A stretch of 63,902 bases of DNA, filler included. It is 7 parts of 7 records of this genome, joined end to end, with 100 filler letters (N's around TTAATTAATTAA, not from the genome) between each part and the next. Parts side by side here need not be neighbours in the genome. Positions count along the whole stretch, not along the records: positions 1 to 21,778 come from SRR20825010_1140; 6 more parts are not named here. One strand, 5' to 3'. Below are positions 8,361 through 17,671 of the stretch, in pieces; position 1 is the first letter of the stretch; each line of letters starts with the position of its first letter. The position numbers and the translations under genes were made by a program. The notes beneath the pieces were generated by a model that did not search any database, was not told where the DNA came from, and was given only the letters and a program-made list of their open reading frames with translations.

Positions 8361-11300
8361 TCAGGGCCTCAGGTTGGAATCGCTGGTGGGTGCATTCGGG
8401 GTTTCACTTCTTCTAACACGCTCAATCACTGGGGCTGCCCAAGGGCCGCTTACCTGGTACTGGAACGAGAAAATTTTCGCCAGTGGATCTTTCAGCACAA
8501 AATCAGCGATCAGGGACGCAATGCCCACTGCCGGGTTGGCCGCAATCATTGAATAAATCAGCGAACCCCCGGCGGGGTTCAGGTCGGGCAGCACCACCAC
8601 ATTCAGGTTTTGGGTTTCACTTTCCAGGTCAATATTGCCGTCCATCAACACGGTGGCGCTTGGCCCGGTCATTTTGAAATTCCGGGTGGTGGCAATCCCT
8701 TCCTTAAGCACCACATCGGCGTCCATGGTGTCATAGGCAAAACCTTCAGAAAACACGTCTTTGAAATCAAGCGCAAAACGACGGGGAATGCTTTGTAACG
8801 AAAGCACACCCAACAATTTTGCCACGCCAGGGTCAGCCTTTAAAAACTGCCCCTTGCTGCTTTTCAGTTTGAACTGTCCGCTCAAGCTACCGTAGTCAAT
8901 GTTGGTTGGGGCGTCGTTCCAGCGCAATCGCCCGACAAGCGTACCTTCTCCACCGCGAAATACGTCGGCCATGCCCAGGCGGGTCAGCAAACCGCCTGCA
9001 TTCTTCACGGTTTGGTTCAGTTCAATGTCAGTGCGCTGGTTCTTCAAATTGTTGCCGTATTGCCAAATGCCTTTGGCTTGGGTAAGCGATTCCGGGTTCT
9101 CTATGCGCAATTCTTCCAGCTTCCATTCCTTGGGGCGCTGGCCCAAGGTGGCCCGTGCCTGTTCCTCGCGGGTTTGGTTCACGGCGATCAATTTCAGCTT
9201 GCCCAGGGTGATGTCGTTCAGGGTGAAATTGTCCACTTGCACATCCAGTGCCGGAATGCTGGAGGCTGGTTCTTCAACCAGGTCGCGCATGTCGCTGTCC
9301 AGCGTTTTGGGAATGACCAGTGTTTTGAAGCGTGCCAATACTGCGCCATCCGGGCGTTGCTTGTCCGATACCCAGGACAAATAACCGTCCACCCCTTTGG
9401 CTTTCACATCGAACTGCCAACGCTTTTCAACCGTGCGCGCGGCAACAGAAACACCTTCAAACGACTTGCTGCCCACATCCAGGCGGTCGGTTCGAATGGC
9501 CACTTTCAGCTTCAAGGCGTTGTCTGAAGCCGGATCGCCCATCAATTCACCCATCAAACCGGCATTGCCGGAAGCCGAGGTGATGTCGTTCACAATGGTT
9601 CGCCAGGTATCCACGTCAATGACCGGCACGCGGATGTCGCCCTGAATGCCCGCAATCGGCGCAGCCAGTGGCGCACCCACGGCAAACTGAAGTGAATCAA
9701 TGCCGGGCTGGCCGCCATCGTCTAATACCGTGGCTCGCACCTGGGCCACTGGTTTGTTGTCTGCCCCCAGGTCAATCACCCACCGATCGCCTTGCGCATT
9801 GCCGGTTTGGCTTAATTTGAATGGCAAGCGTGCATCGGCCTTCTTGGCAAACGGGCTGGGTAGCTTTACCTCCAGCCCTTGTAACTGGCTGCTTACATCC
9901 ACAGCCATACCATTTTCACGGGTGGCCACAACCACACTGTAGGGCGTGGTGCCCGCCAGGTAAGGTTCGATCAAGGGGTTTAGGTATTGCGCCAAACCCT
10001 GTGCGCGTGCAACACCGTTGGCGCGAATTTCCATGCGCCCGGCTGCATCGGTGTTTCCCTTCACGGTGACGGGACCGCCCAGGGCCTGCCCTTGCAACTG
10101 GTTGATGAACAAGCCCTTGTTGGAGAACTGGATCACGCCGTCCACGTTGCTGACCATGGGCATGCCGCGCACCACACGGATTGAATTGCCTTTCAGTGTC
10201 AGCTCGCCTTTGGCCTGGGTTTTTTGAGGATCCGCAATTGGAATGCCAAGTTGCAAATCAAGGTTCGCAGGGCCATCCACCTGCGCATTGATCAATGCTT
10301 CGTTCAGAATTTCCCGCACGGGGCTTTGGTTAACGAAAGCCACCATGTTGGCCAGATCACCCCGGCCTTTGCCTGTAATTTCAAGCAAGGGATCCCAGGC
10401 ATCCAGGTTGTCAATTCGCGCTTCAACATTTGTCAGTTGAACCCCAAGGGATTCTGCGCTATCGGCTTTAATCAACATGCGTTTGCCATTGAATGTGGCC
10501 TTGCCATTGACCTGTTGAATGCCAGGCCAACCGGGTGCGTAAGTCAATTCGCCGTTTTCAAAAGGCACTTCAATCCTGAACACGCCCTTGCTTTTCGGGT
10601 CATCAAAAGGAAAGTCGCTCAGGCGGCCAGACATTTCGAACTCGCCATTGCTGGCAACCCCGGCCTTCAGGTTTTCAGTCAACCAGGTGCGCGCACTGCT
10701 GCCCACAATCAGGGGCAAATAATTCGCCACTTGCGCCACATTGGCCATGGGCAAGTTGCCTTTCAGGTTGATGACATCAGGTTCCTCGCGGCGAAACTCA
10801 TAACTGCCCGCCACGTCAACCTGCAAATCTGCGTTGCGGGCAAGCATTTTGTCGATTGAAACCTCCACCGGCAAATCGGTGGCAAACACGTTTTCCCAGG
10901 CTCCCTGGCCGGCCAGTTCATTGAACTTCAGCACGTCTACCGCAAAAATTTCAGGCAAGGCGAACTCCACGTTTCGCCCCATCAAAGTCCATTTGCCCTG
11001 CGAGTTGCTGCCCTTGAAAGTGCCACTGACATTGCGAAAGCCCGTGGTTTTTCCGTTGGATTGCGGGGAGGAATCGCGGTAGAGCACGGTCAGGTTGGTG
11101 AAGTCGATGTCGGAATTGAAGGCTTGGGAATCGCTGAATGGTTTGTCGCCCCCGGTCCTCCAGCTCACATCCAGCTGCTTGACCAGCCCTGAAAACTCGA
11201 ACGCTTTAACCCGTTCAAGCCTGTCTTGCTGCCCTAGATGCGGACCCAGCTCCATCACAATGGCTTTGGCCTGCGCGGCATCCAGTTTCTGGGCTTGAAC

Positions 11301-12464
11301 ACCCCATTCAAACCCTTCGTTCAGCGCGTTCTTGCGCACCGACAAATCGGTGGGCCCAAACTGTTTCTGCCCTGCAATTTGACCGGTCAAGCGCCGTATG
11401 GAAATTGCACTGGGCGCAAACAAAAGATGTTCGCCAACAATTTCAACCAGTGCGCTGGTATTGGTCATGTCAAAAGGCGCGGCATCGGCCGCCGGGTTGT
11501 CGAAACGAAGCTTCGCAACACGTGCGTCCAGCAGGGAACGTTGAACAAGCCCACCTTCAAAATCAACCCACAGGCGACCCTGCGGCTGGGTCATGTCGAC
11601 ATCCAGATCAAAGGTTTTGAACACCGACTCAATGGGCTCGGCCTGGTCCACCACGGCGCTCATGAAAAAAGTGCCTTTCCATTTTTTCAGATCGCCCAGA
11701 TTTCGCTTCAACAAGGGGGTTTTGAAATTCAAACTGGCATGCACTGGCGTTTGCGCCAACGCGGGCAACTTGAAGATTAAACCTGCCTGGTGGCGGCTCA
11801 GTCCGTTTTTCATCAACAATTCGACTTCAAGGGCTTGGGCGGCAGGGAACTGTTCCATGTTGTCTTGCCAGTTCAGCACCCCCCGGCTTAACAACACGCG
11901 TTTTTGCTCAAGCAACCAGTCAAGCCCTGGGTTGCCTTGACTGCCATCGTCCACCCACGGAATGCCCGCTACTTCAAACACGCCTTGCGCATTGCGAACC
12001 ACGCGCAAAGTGGGCGACAACACCTCGAGATTGTTCAACCGGGGATTGAAGGCCAGAATGCTTGGGAGTGACCATTCCATGCGAAGGCTTTCAGCATGAA
12101 AACCCGACTCGCCATTGGGCGTGCGCAATTGCACTTGATCAACGGTTAGTTGCGGCCCCCAGCCGCGCCATTGAGCCTGAATACGGCCAATTTCAATGGG
12201 GGCACCCGTTTGTTGTTGCAGGAACTGCTGGATTTCCGGGCGATAACGGTCTATTTCAGGCAGTACAAGCCACTTCACTGCCAGCAAAGCCAGGCAAAAC
12301 GGCACGTACACCACAACCAAAAGCCAAAACAATACAGACCCCGCCCGCCTGAGCGTGGGGTTGCTGATCACATGTTGCAATTGCGCCTGGTTTGTTCCTT
12401 CCTGCAAGAAATACCGCCCGAATAATGGTGAACACCTGTAGTACTCTATTGTAGAACCAAGCAC
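8361..12464 (-). CDS. yhdP: YhdP family AsmA-like phospholipid transport protein
   Basis: About 1360 aa with an N-terminal TM anchor, beta-rich body and C-terminal LLGVLSLQSIPRRFALDFKDVFSEGF...GPWAAP; located between glnE and nit/tldD. Exact start uncertain. Confidence 0.9.
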   Translation of the reverse strand: MLGSTIEYYRCSPLFGRYFLQEGTNQAQLQHVISNPTLRRAGSVLFWLLVVVYVPFCLALLAVKWLVLPEIDRYRPEIQQFLQQQTGAPIEIGRIQAQWRGWGPQLTVDQVQLRTPNGESGFHAESLRMEWSLPSILAFNPRLNNLEVLSPTLRVVRNAQGVFEVAGIPWVDDGSQGNPGLDWLLEQKRVLLSRGVLNWQDNMEQFPAAQALEVELLMKNGLSRHQAGLIFKLPALAQTPVHASLNFKTPLLKRNLGDLKKWKGTFFMSAVVDQAEPIESVFKTFDLDVDMTQPQGRLWVDFEGGLVQRSLLDARVAKLRFDNPAADAAPFDMTNTSALVEIVGEHLLFAPSAISIRRLTGQIAGQKQFGPTDLSVRKNALNEGFEWGVQAQKLDAAQAKAIVMELGPHLGQQDRLERVKAFEFSGLVKQLDVSWRTGGDKPFSDSQAFNSDIDFTNLTVLYRDSSPQSNGKTTGFRNVSGTFKGSNSQGKWTLMGRNVEFALPEIFAVDVLKFNELAGQGAWENVFATDLPVEVSIDKMLARNADLQVDVAGSYEFRREEPDVINLKGNLPMANVAQVANYLPLIVGSSARTWLTENLKAGVASNGEFEMSGRLSDFPFDDPKSKGVFRIEVPFENGELTYAPGWPGIQQVNGKATFNGKRMLIKADSAESLGVQLTNVEARIDNLDAWDPLLEITGKGRGDLANMVAFVNQSPVREILNEALINAQVDGPANLDLQLGIPIADPQKTQAKGELTLKGNSIRVVRGMPMVSNVDGVIQFSNKGLFINQLQGQALGGPVTVKGNTDAAGRMEIRANGVARAQGLAQYLNPLIEPYLAGTTPYSVVVATRENGMAVDVSSQLQGLEVKLPSPFAKKADARLPFKLSQTGNAQGDRWVIDLGADNKPVAQVRATVLDDGGQPGIDSLQFAVGAPLAAPIAGIQGDIRVPVIDVDTWRTIVNDITSASGNAGLMGELMGDPASDNALKLKVAIRTDRLDVGSKSFEGVSVAARTVEKRWQFDVKAKGVDGYLSWVSDKQRPDGAVLARFKTLVIPKTLDSDMRDLVEEPASSIPALDVQVDNFTLNDITLGKLKLIAVNQTREEQARATLGQRPKEWKLEELRIENPESLTQAKGIWQYGNNLKNQRTDIELNQTVKNAGGLLTRLGMADVFRGGEGTLVGRLRWNDAPTNIDYGSLSGQFKLKSSKGQFLKADPGVAKLLGVLSLQSIPRRFALDFKDVFSEGFAYDTMDADVVLKEGIATTRNFKMTGPSATVLMDGNIDLESETQNLNVVVLPDLNPAGGSLIYSMIAANPAVGIASLIADFVLKDPLAKIFSFQYQVSGPWAAPVIERVRRSETPNAPTSDSNLRP

Positions 12465-12483
12465 CCACTTAATTGCGCACTAC

Positions 12484-15204
12484 ATGAACGACCCACTGGA
12501 TTTCTATCATCAGGTTTGGCCCAAACATTCCGAGTATGCAAAACGCTGGCTGAACCGCTTCCCCGATTGGGACACCACCGCCAGCGACAGTGACAGCGAC
12601 CACCTTCTGAACTGCATCGAAACATGGCTGGAAAAAGCCCGCGAACTGACCGATGAACGGGCGTTGATGACCGAACTTCGCCTGGTCCGCCAGCGCAGCA
12701 TGATCGAAATCATGCGGCGTGACCTGCAAGGCAAGGTGGATTTATTCGACGTAACGGAAGCCCTTTCCTTTCTGGCCGATGCTGCCGTACAAATTTCATT
12801 GAAACTAAGCCACCGCATGCAGGCTGAACGATTTGGTGAACCAGCCAATGGCGATTGCCTGATGGTGGTCGGCATGGGCAAGCTGGGCGGCTTCGAACTG
12901 AATGCATCCAGCGACATTGACCTTATTTTTCTGTACAACCAGGACGGTGAAACCCAAGGTGGTTTAAATGGCAAAAGCCAGTCGCACGCAGAATTTTTTA
13001 ACCAGGTTGGCAAACGGATCATCAAAATAATTTCCGAGGTGACCGACGAAGGTTTTGTATTTCGCGTAGACATGCGGCTGCGCCCCAATGGCGATTCTGG
13101 CCCCTTGGTGGTCAGCCAGGACATGCTGGAAGAATATTTTGTGGTGCAGGGACGCGAATGGGAACGTTACGCATGGATCAAGGCGCGCGTGGTGAACTGG
13201 GCCGTAGACCCGTCGCAAGATGCCGCCTTTCAGCAAAACCTGGACAACCTGAACAACATTGTTCGACCTTTTGTGTTTCGCAAGTATCTGGATTTTGGAT
13301 CCATTCGAGCCTTGCGTTCCCTGCATGTGCAAATTCGCAACGAAGTCAGCAAACGAGAAAGCCAGCACCCGGGCAGCGTGCACGTAAAACTGGGGCGTGG
13401 TGGCATTCGTGAAATTGAATTCACGGCCCAGGCATTCCAGTTGATTCGCGGTGGCCGGGAACCAAAATTGCAGCTGCGCCGAACTGTCGATGTGCTGGAG
13501 GTGTGCGTTGAGCTGGGGCTGATTACTGCGGATGACCACGACAAACTGGTGGCTGCCTACCGGTTTTTGCGCAACCTGGAACACCGCCTGCAATACGTGG
13601 ACGATGCACAAACACACCGCCTGCCTGCAAGCCCAACGGAAGTACTTCGAATTGCCCGCTCCATGGGTTTTCAGGACCCGGGCAATTTCATGAAAACCCT
13701 GAACCGCCACATGGGCTACGTGGCCAGCCACTTTGATGTGGTGTTTGGCGACAAACAGGAAGACGAGGAAACCCCCAGCCTTGAGTTGCCTTGGGCCGAC
13801 ACGCTGACCCAAGGGTTTTCAAACCCACAGGCTGCGCAAGACCGCTACCAGCATCTGGTTGAATCCAGCCGCTACCAGGCATTGCCCAGCGCCCACCGCG
13901 AGCGGGTCGATCGGCTGATGCCAACCGTGTTGGCCGCCGCTGGGGCATCTGCAGCACCCGATTCCTGCTGGCGACATTTCTGCGATCTGATCGAAACGGT
14001 ATCGCGGCGCGGTGCCTATTTAAGTTTGCTCGATGAATACCCGATTGCCCGCATGCGGGTAAGCCGAATGCTGGCCGCCAGCCCGTGGGCAGCAAAATTC
14101 CTGATACGGCACCCCCTGTTGCTGGACGAATTGCTGGACAGCCGAACTTTGTTGACGCCCCCCGATTTCAATCAGTGGAAACAAGTGCTTCGTGACATGC
14201 TGAATCAAGCCAAGCTTACAGACGGGCAACCCGATCTTGAACGGCAAATGGACTTGATTCGCGAACAACACCACGCGCAGCTTTTCCGCGTGTTGACGCA
14301 AGACCTGGAAAACCTGCTGACAGTTGAACATGTGTCTGATTTGCTGTCGGAACTTGCAGACCGTACTTTGGAAGTAATTCTGGAATGCGCCTGGGACCAA
14401 ATGCCCAAGCGCCACCGCGCACAACCCAAATTTGCCGTGATCGCGTATGGCAAACACGGCGGCAAAGAACTGGGGTATTCATCTGACCTTGATTTGATTT
14501 TTCTGTTCGACGACGACGACGACCGCGCACCCGATTTGTATGCCCAGTTGGCCAAGCGCATGAACCGCTGGCTGACCACCCAAACCGCTGCAGGCACCTT
14601 GTTTGAAACCGATTTCCGCCTGCGCCCCAATGGCGAGGCAGGCCTGTTGGTCAGCAGCGTGAAATCGTTCGAAGATTACCAACGCCGCGAGGGTGGCGTT
14701 GGTGCATGGTTTTGGGAACACCAGGCACTAACCCGTGCGCGTTTCTGCGTAGGCGATGCTGAAATTGGAAAGAAATTCGAAACCCTGCGCGAGGAAATTC
14801 TACAGCTACCGCGCAATTGGGAAGACGTGAAAAAAGAAGTGATCAGCATGCGCCAGAAAATGCTGGAAGGTCACCCCAACAACACCGAACTGTTTGATGT
14901 AAAACACGACTTGGGTGGCATGGTAGACGTGGAATTCATGGTGCAGGCACTGGTGCTTGGGCACGCGCACACCCACCCCGACTTGACCAAAAACACGGGC
15001 AATATTGCGTTGCTTAAAAAAGCAGGTGAACTGGGCCTGGTGCCTGCCGAGCTTGCGAATTATGTGGCCGATGCCTACCGCCAATTGCGCGCCAAACAGC
15101 ACGCACTGCGGCTGGCCGGGCTTGACAAGTCCAGAACCAGTGACCCAACCCTTATCGTGCTGAAAAAGCCGATACGAAAGCTTTGGGAAACGCTACTGGG
15201 GTAG
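12484..15204 (+). CDS. glnE: Glutamine synthetase adenylyltransferase/adenylyl-removing enzyme
   Basis: Two nucleotidyltransferase halves (GMGKLGGFELNASSDIDLIF; YGKHGGKELGYSSDLDLIF) and RVDMRLRPNG. Confidence 0.97.
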   Translation: MNDPLDFYHQVWPKHSEYAKRWLNRFPDWDTTASDSDSDHLLNCIETWLEKARELTDERALMTELRLVRQRSMIEIMRRDLQGKVDLFDVTEALSFLADAAVQISLKLSHRMQAERFGEPANGDCLMVVGMGKLGGFELNASSDIDLIFLYNQDGETQGGLNGKSQSHAEFFNQVGKRIIKIISEVTDEGFVFRVDMRLRPNGDSGPLVVSQDMLEEYFVVQGREWERYAWIKARVVNWAVDPSQDAAFQQNLDNLNNIVRPFVFRKYLDFGSIRALRSLHVQIRNEVSKRESQHPGSVHVKLGRGGIREIEFTAQAFQLIRGGREPKLQLRRTVDVLEVCVELGLITADDHDKLVAAYRFLRNLEHRLQYVDDAQTHRLPASPTEVLRIARSMGFQDPGNFMKTLNRHMGYVASHFDVVFGDKQEDEETPSLELPWADTLTQGFSNPQAAQDRYQHLVESSRYQALPSAHRERVDRLMPTVLAAAGASAAPDSCWRHFCDLIETVSRRGAYLSLLDEYPIARMRVSRMLAASPWAAKFLIRHPLLLDELLDSRTLLTPPDFNQWKQVLRDMLNQAKLTDGQPDLERQMDLIREQHHAQLFRVLTQDLENLLTVEHVSDLLSELADRTLEVILECAWDQMPKRHRAQPKFAVIAYGKHGGKELGYSSDLDLIFLFDDDDDRAPDLYAQLAKRMNRWLTTQTAAGTLFETDFRLRPNGEAGLLVSSVKSFEDYQRREGGVGAWFWEHQALTRARFCVGDAEIGKKFETLREEILQLPRNWEDVKKEVISMRQKMLEGHPNNTELFDVKHDLGGMVDVEFMVQALVLGHAHTHPDLTKNTGNIALLKKAGELGLVPAELANYVADAYRQLRAKQHALRLAGLDKSRTSDPTLIVLKKPIRKLWETLLG

Positions 15205-15212
15205 GTGCCGCA

Positions 15213-15938
15213 TTATTTCGGCACAGTGACCTGGTACATGCGCCTTTGCAAGGTGCCAGTTTTGCGGGCCAGAAAAGGCGAATTTTTGCGTTTGTCGAAG
15301 TAACGCGGTGCAGGCAGCATGCCTGCCATGCGCGCTGCCTGGTAGCTGCTTAACTGCGCGGCGTTTACGCCGAAGTGATGCTTCGCAGCGGCCTGCGCAC
15401 CGTACACGCCATTGCCCCATTCCACCACATTCAGGTACACCTCAAGAATGCGGCGTTTGTCCCACAAGGCTTCAATCATGAGGGCGATGACCAATTCCTG
15501 CCCTTTGCGAATGTAGCTGCGCTTGCCGGTCAAAAACAGGTTCTTGGCCAACTGCTGGGTAATGGTCGAACCGCCGTGTGTCACGCGGCCACGCCGTGCA
15601 TTGCGCTTGATGGCCAGTTCAATGGCCGCCATTTCCACGCCTTTGTGTTGCATGAAGCCGCTGTCTTCGGCGGCAATCACTGCACGCTTCAGGTTCAAGG
15701 AAATTTTGTCGTAGGGCACCCAGTCTTGCTTCAACTGAAAATCGGGGTCGGTTTTGCGAACTTCATTCAAGCGCGTTTGCATGAAGCTGGTGCTGCCGGG
15801 GTTCACATGGGTCCACACCGCAATTTGCGCAAGAAACCACAGCTGCAACAAAACAACTGCACAAAAGCCCCAGAAAAAAATTCGCCACAACCACAACAAG
15901 GGGTTCAAACTTCTTTTTCTACTGGCCATGGCGTTCAT
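15213..15938 (-). CDS. mtgA: Monofunctional peptidoglycan transglycosylase
   Basis: AAEDSGF, GGSTITQQLAKNLFL, RKGQE and KRRILEVYLNVVEWG (GT51 motifs). Confidence 0.95.
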   Translation of the reverse strand: MNAMASRKRSLNPLLWLWRIFFWGFCAVVLLQLWFLAQIAVWTHVNPGSTSFMQTRLNEVRKTDPDFQLKQDWVPYDKISLNLKRAVIAAEDSGFMQHKGVEMAAIELAIKRNARRGRVTHGGSTITQQLAKNLFLTGKRSYIRKGQELVIALMIEALWDKRRILEVYLNVVEWGNGVYGAQAAAKHHFGVNAAQLSSYQAARMAGMLPAPRYFDKRKNSPFLARKTGTLQRRMYQVTVPK

Positions 15939-16819
15939 TGTTGTGTTGATTTGGCAAGCAACATTTGCCGCACTTTGATCAAGGTTTCAAGGGCGTTGGG
16001 CGACTGGCCAGTCCACACCTCAAAGGCCAGTTGCGCTTGAAAAACCAGCATTCCCAAGCCATCGCTGCACGGTGTTTCCACATTCCGGATCGACCGCATG
16101 AAGGGCGTGGGCTGGGCGGCGTACATCATGTCATAGACCAGCACTGCACGTTCAAACCAGTCGGGGTGAATCACGGGCACCTCGCCTTTCAAACTGCTTG
16201 ACGATGCATTCACAACAACCACAGGCGCGCCGGGAACGTCGAAATGCGATGGTGGTGTGTCCAGCCCGCCACCGGCTGCCGGCAAGTCAATGGCCTCTGC
16301 GCGCTCGGCCAGTTCGCGGGCCTTGATCGCCGTTCGGTTCAACACGGTCAGGTGTTGAACACCGGCATGTTGAAAAGCTGCCACGCAACCACTGGCAGCA
16401 CCGCCCGCACCAATCATCAAGACCTGGCATTGACTCAGCCGCAAACCCAATGTGCGCAATTGGCGATCCAGATCGCGGCACAAACCCCCGCCATCGGTGT
16501 TGTCGGCCAGCACAGTGCCTTCGGGCAAAAACTTCAAGGTGTTGGCAGCCTGCGCAAATTCCGCAGCAGGCGACAAGGCATCGGCCAACAGGCAGGCCTC
16601 CAGTTTGAAAGGGACGGTCACGTTCGCGCCTTTCACGCCAGCCGCCTTCAAGGCAGCCACGGTTTGGGCAAAGCCATCCAGCGGTGCCAGCATGCGTTCG
16701 TACTGCAACGGCAGCCCAAGCTGTGCGGCAAAGTCAGCGTGAATGGCAGGCGACATGCTGTGCGCGATCGGATTGCCGATCACAACATAACGCTCTACGG
16801 GGCTAATTGACGCGCTCAA
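15935..16819 (-). CDS. aroE: Shikimate dehydrogenase
   Basis: GNPIAHSMSP, GANVTVPFK, DNTDG, GAGGAA and DGLGMLVFQA motifs. Confidence 0.96.
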   Translation of the reverse strand: MSASISPVERYVVIGNPIAHSMSPAIHADFAAQLGLPLQYERMLAPLDGFAQTVAALKAAGVKGANVTVPFKLEACLLADALSPAAEFAQAANTLKFLPEGTVLADNTDGGGLCRDLDRQLRTLGLRLSQCQVLMIGAGGAASGCVAAFQHAGVQHLTVLNRTAIKARELAERAEAIDLPAAGGGLDTPPSHFDVPGAPVVVVNASSSSLKGEVPVIHPDWFERAVLVYDMMYAAQPTPFMRSIRNVETPCSDGLGMLVFQAQLAFEVWTGQSPNALETLIKVRQMLLAKSTQQ

Positions 16820-16837
16820 CAGGGAATCTCCATGTGC

Positions 16838-17671
16838 TTAATATTCTGTGCTGATGGTGTCACGGCTGAACACCCAGGTGCGGGTGACCGCCAAAATATC
16901 CGCCTTTTTCCGCATGTCTGACGGGAATGGTGGAAAGGGTGTGGACATTCTCAAAATTCTCAACGCTGCGCGATCCAGAACCGCCGAACCCGAGGACCGG
17001 TCCACTTCCACGTCTTCCAAAGTGCCGTCGGCCCGGATGTAAGCCGTTAGGCGAAGCTTGCCGTAAATGCGCCCTTTCAATTCATCAGGGTAGTTGGCAT
17101 TGCCCACTTGTTCAACTTTCGCACGCCAGGCTTCTTCGTAAATTGCAAAGGCATAGGGCGAGGTTCGGGGTGAAAAAAAGTGCTTCCGCGGTCGCTCGTT
17201 GTAGGTTTTGATGTTGTCTGAAATCTGCGCTTGAAGGCGCTTTATTTCCAGGGCACGCTGGCTTTTCGGGTCACTGCCGGGGCGCGTGTCAAGCGCTTCA
17301 TTTTGCGGGGTTGAACGCAATTGCGCACCCGCCAAATTGCGTTGCAAGGCTTCCAGCTCTTTCAGCCGTTCCTGGCTGGCAATCAGTTCACGTTGATTGA
17401 CCTTGTCTTCAGCCTGACCCGGTAAGGTGGTCGCGCGGCCTTTGTCTGCCTGCCCGCCACCATCCAGCGCCACCTGTGCCAACACTTTTGCATCGGAAGG
17501 TGTTTTCTGCGACTGCGCATTCACCAGGATCACTTCAAGCGGGCGGCTAAATGCGGTGTCAACCTGCGGCGTTGAAAAATGCACCAGCAACAACAGCGCA
17601 TGAAAAAACACCGACAGCACCAGTGCTTTTTTCAAGTTCAATTCGCCAACAGGTGCACGCAGGGTGTTCAC
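16838..17671 (-). CDS. TonB/TolA-like energy transducer family protein
   Basis: N-terminal TM with S..FH motif and a C-terminal TonB_C-like domain (RSSGSAVLDRAA...PFPPFP). Confidence 0.8.
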   Translation of the reverse strand: MNTLRAPVGELNLKKALVLSVFFHALLLLVHFSTPQVDTAFSRPLEVILVNAQSQKTPSDAKVLAQVALDGGGQADKGRATTLPGQAEDKVNQRELIASQERLKELEALQRNLAGAQLRSTPQNEALDTRPGSDPKSQRALEIKRLQAQISDNIKTYNERPRKHFFSPRTSPYAFAIYEEAWRAKVEQVGNANYPDELKGRIYGKLRLTAYIRADGTLEDVEVDRSSGSAVLDRAALRILRMSTPFPPFPSDMRKKADILAVTRTWVFSRDTISTEY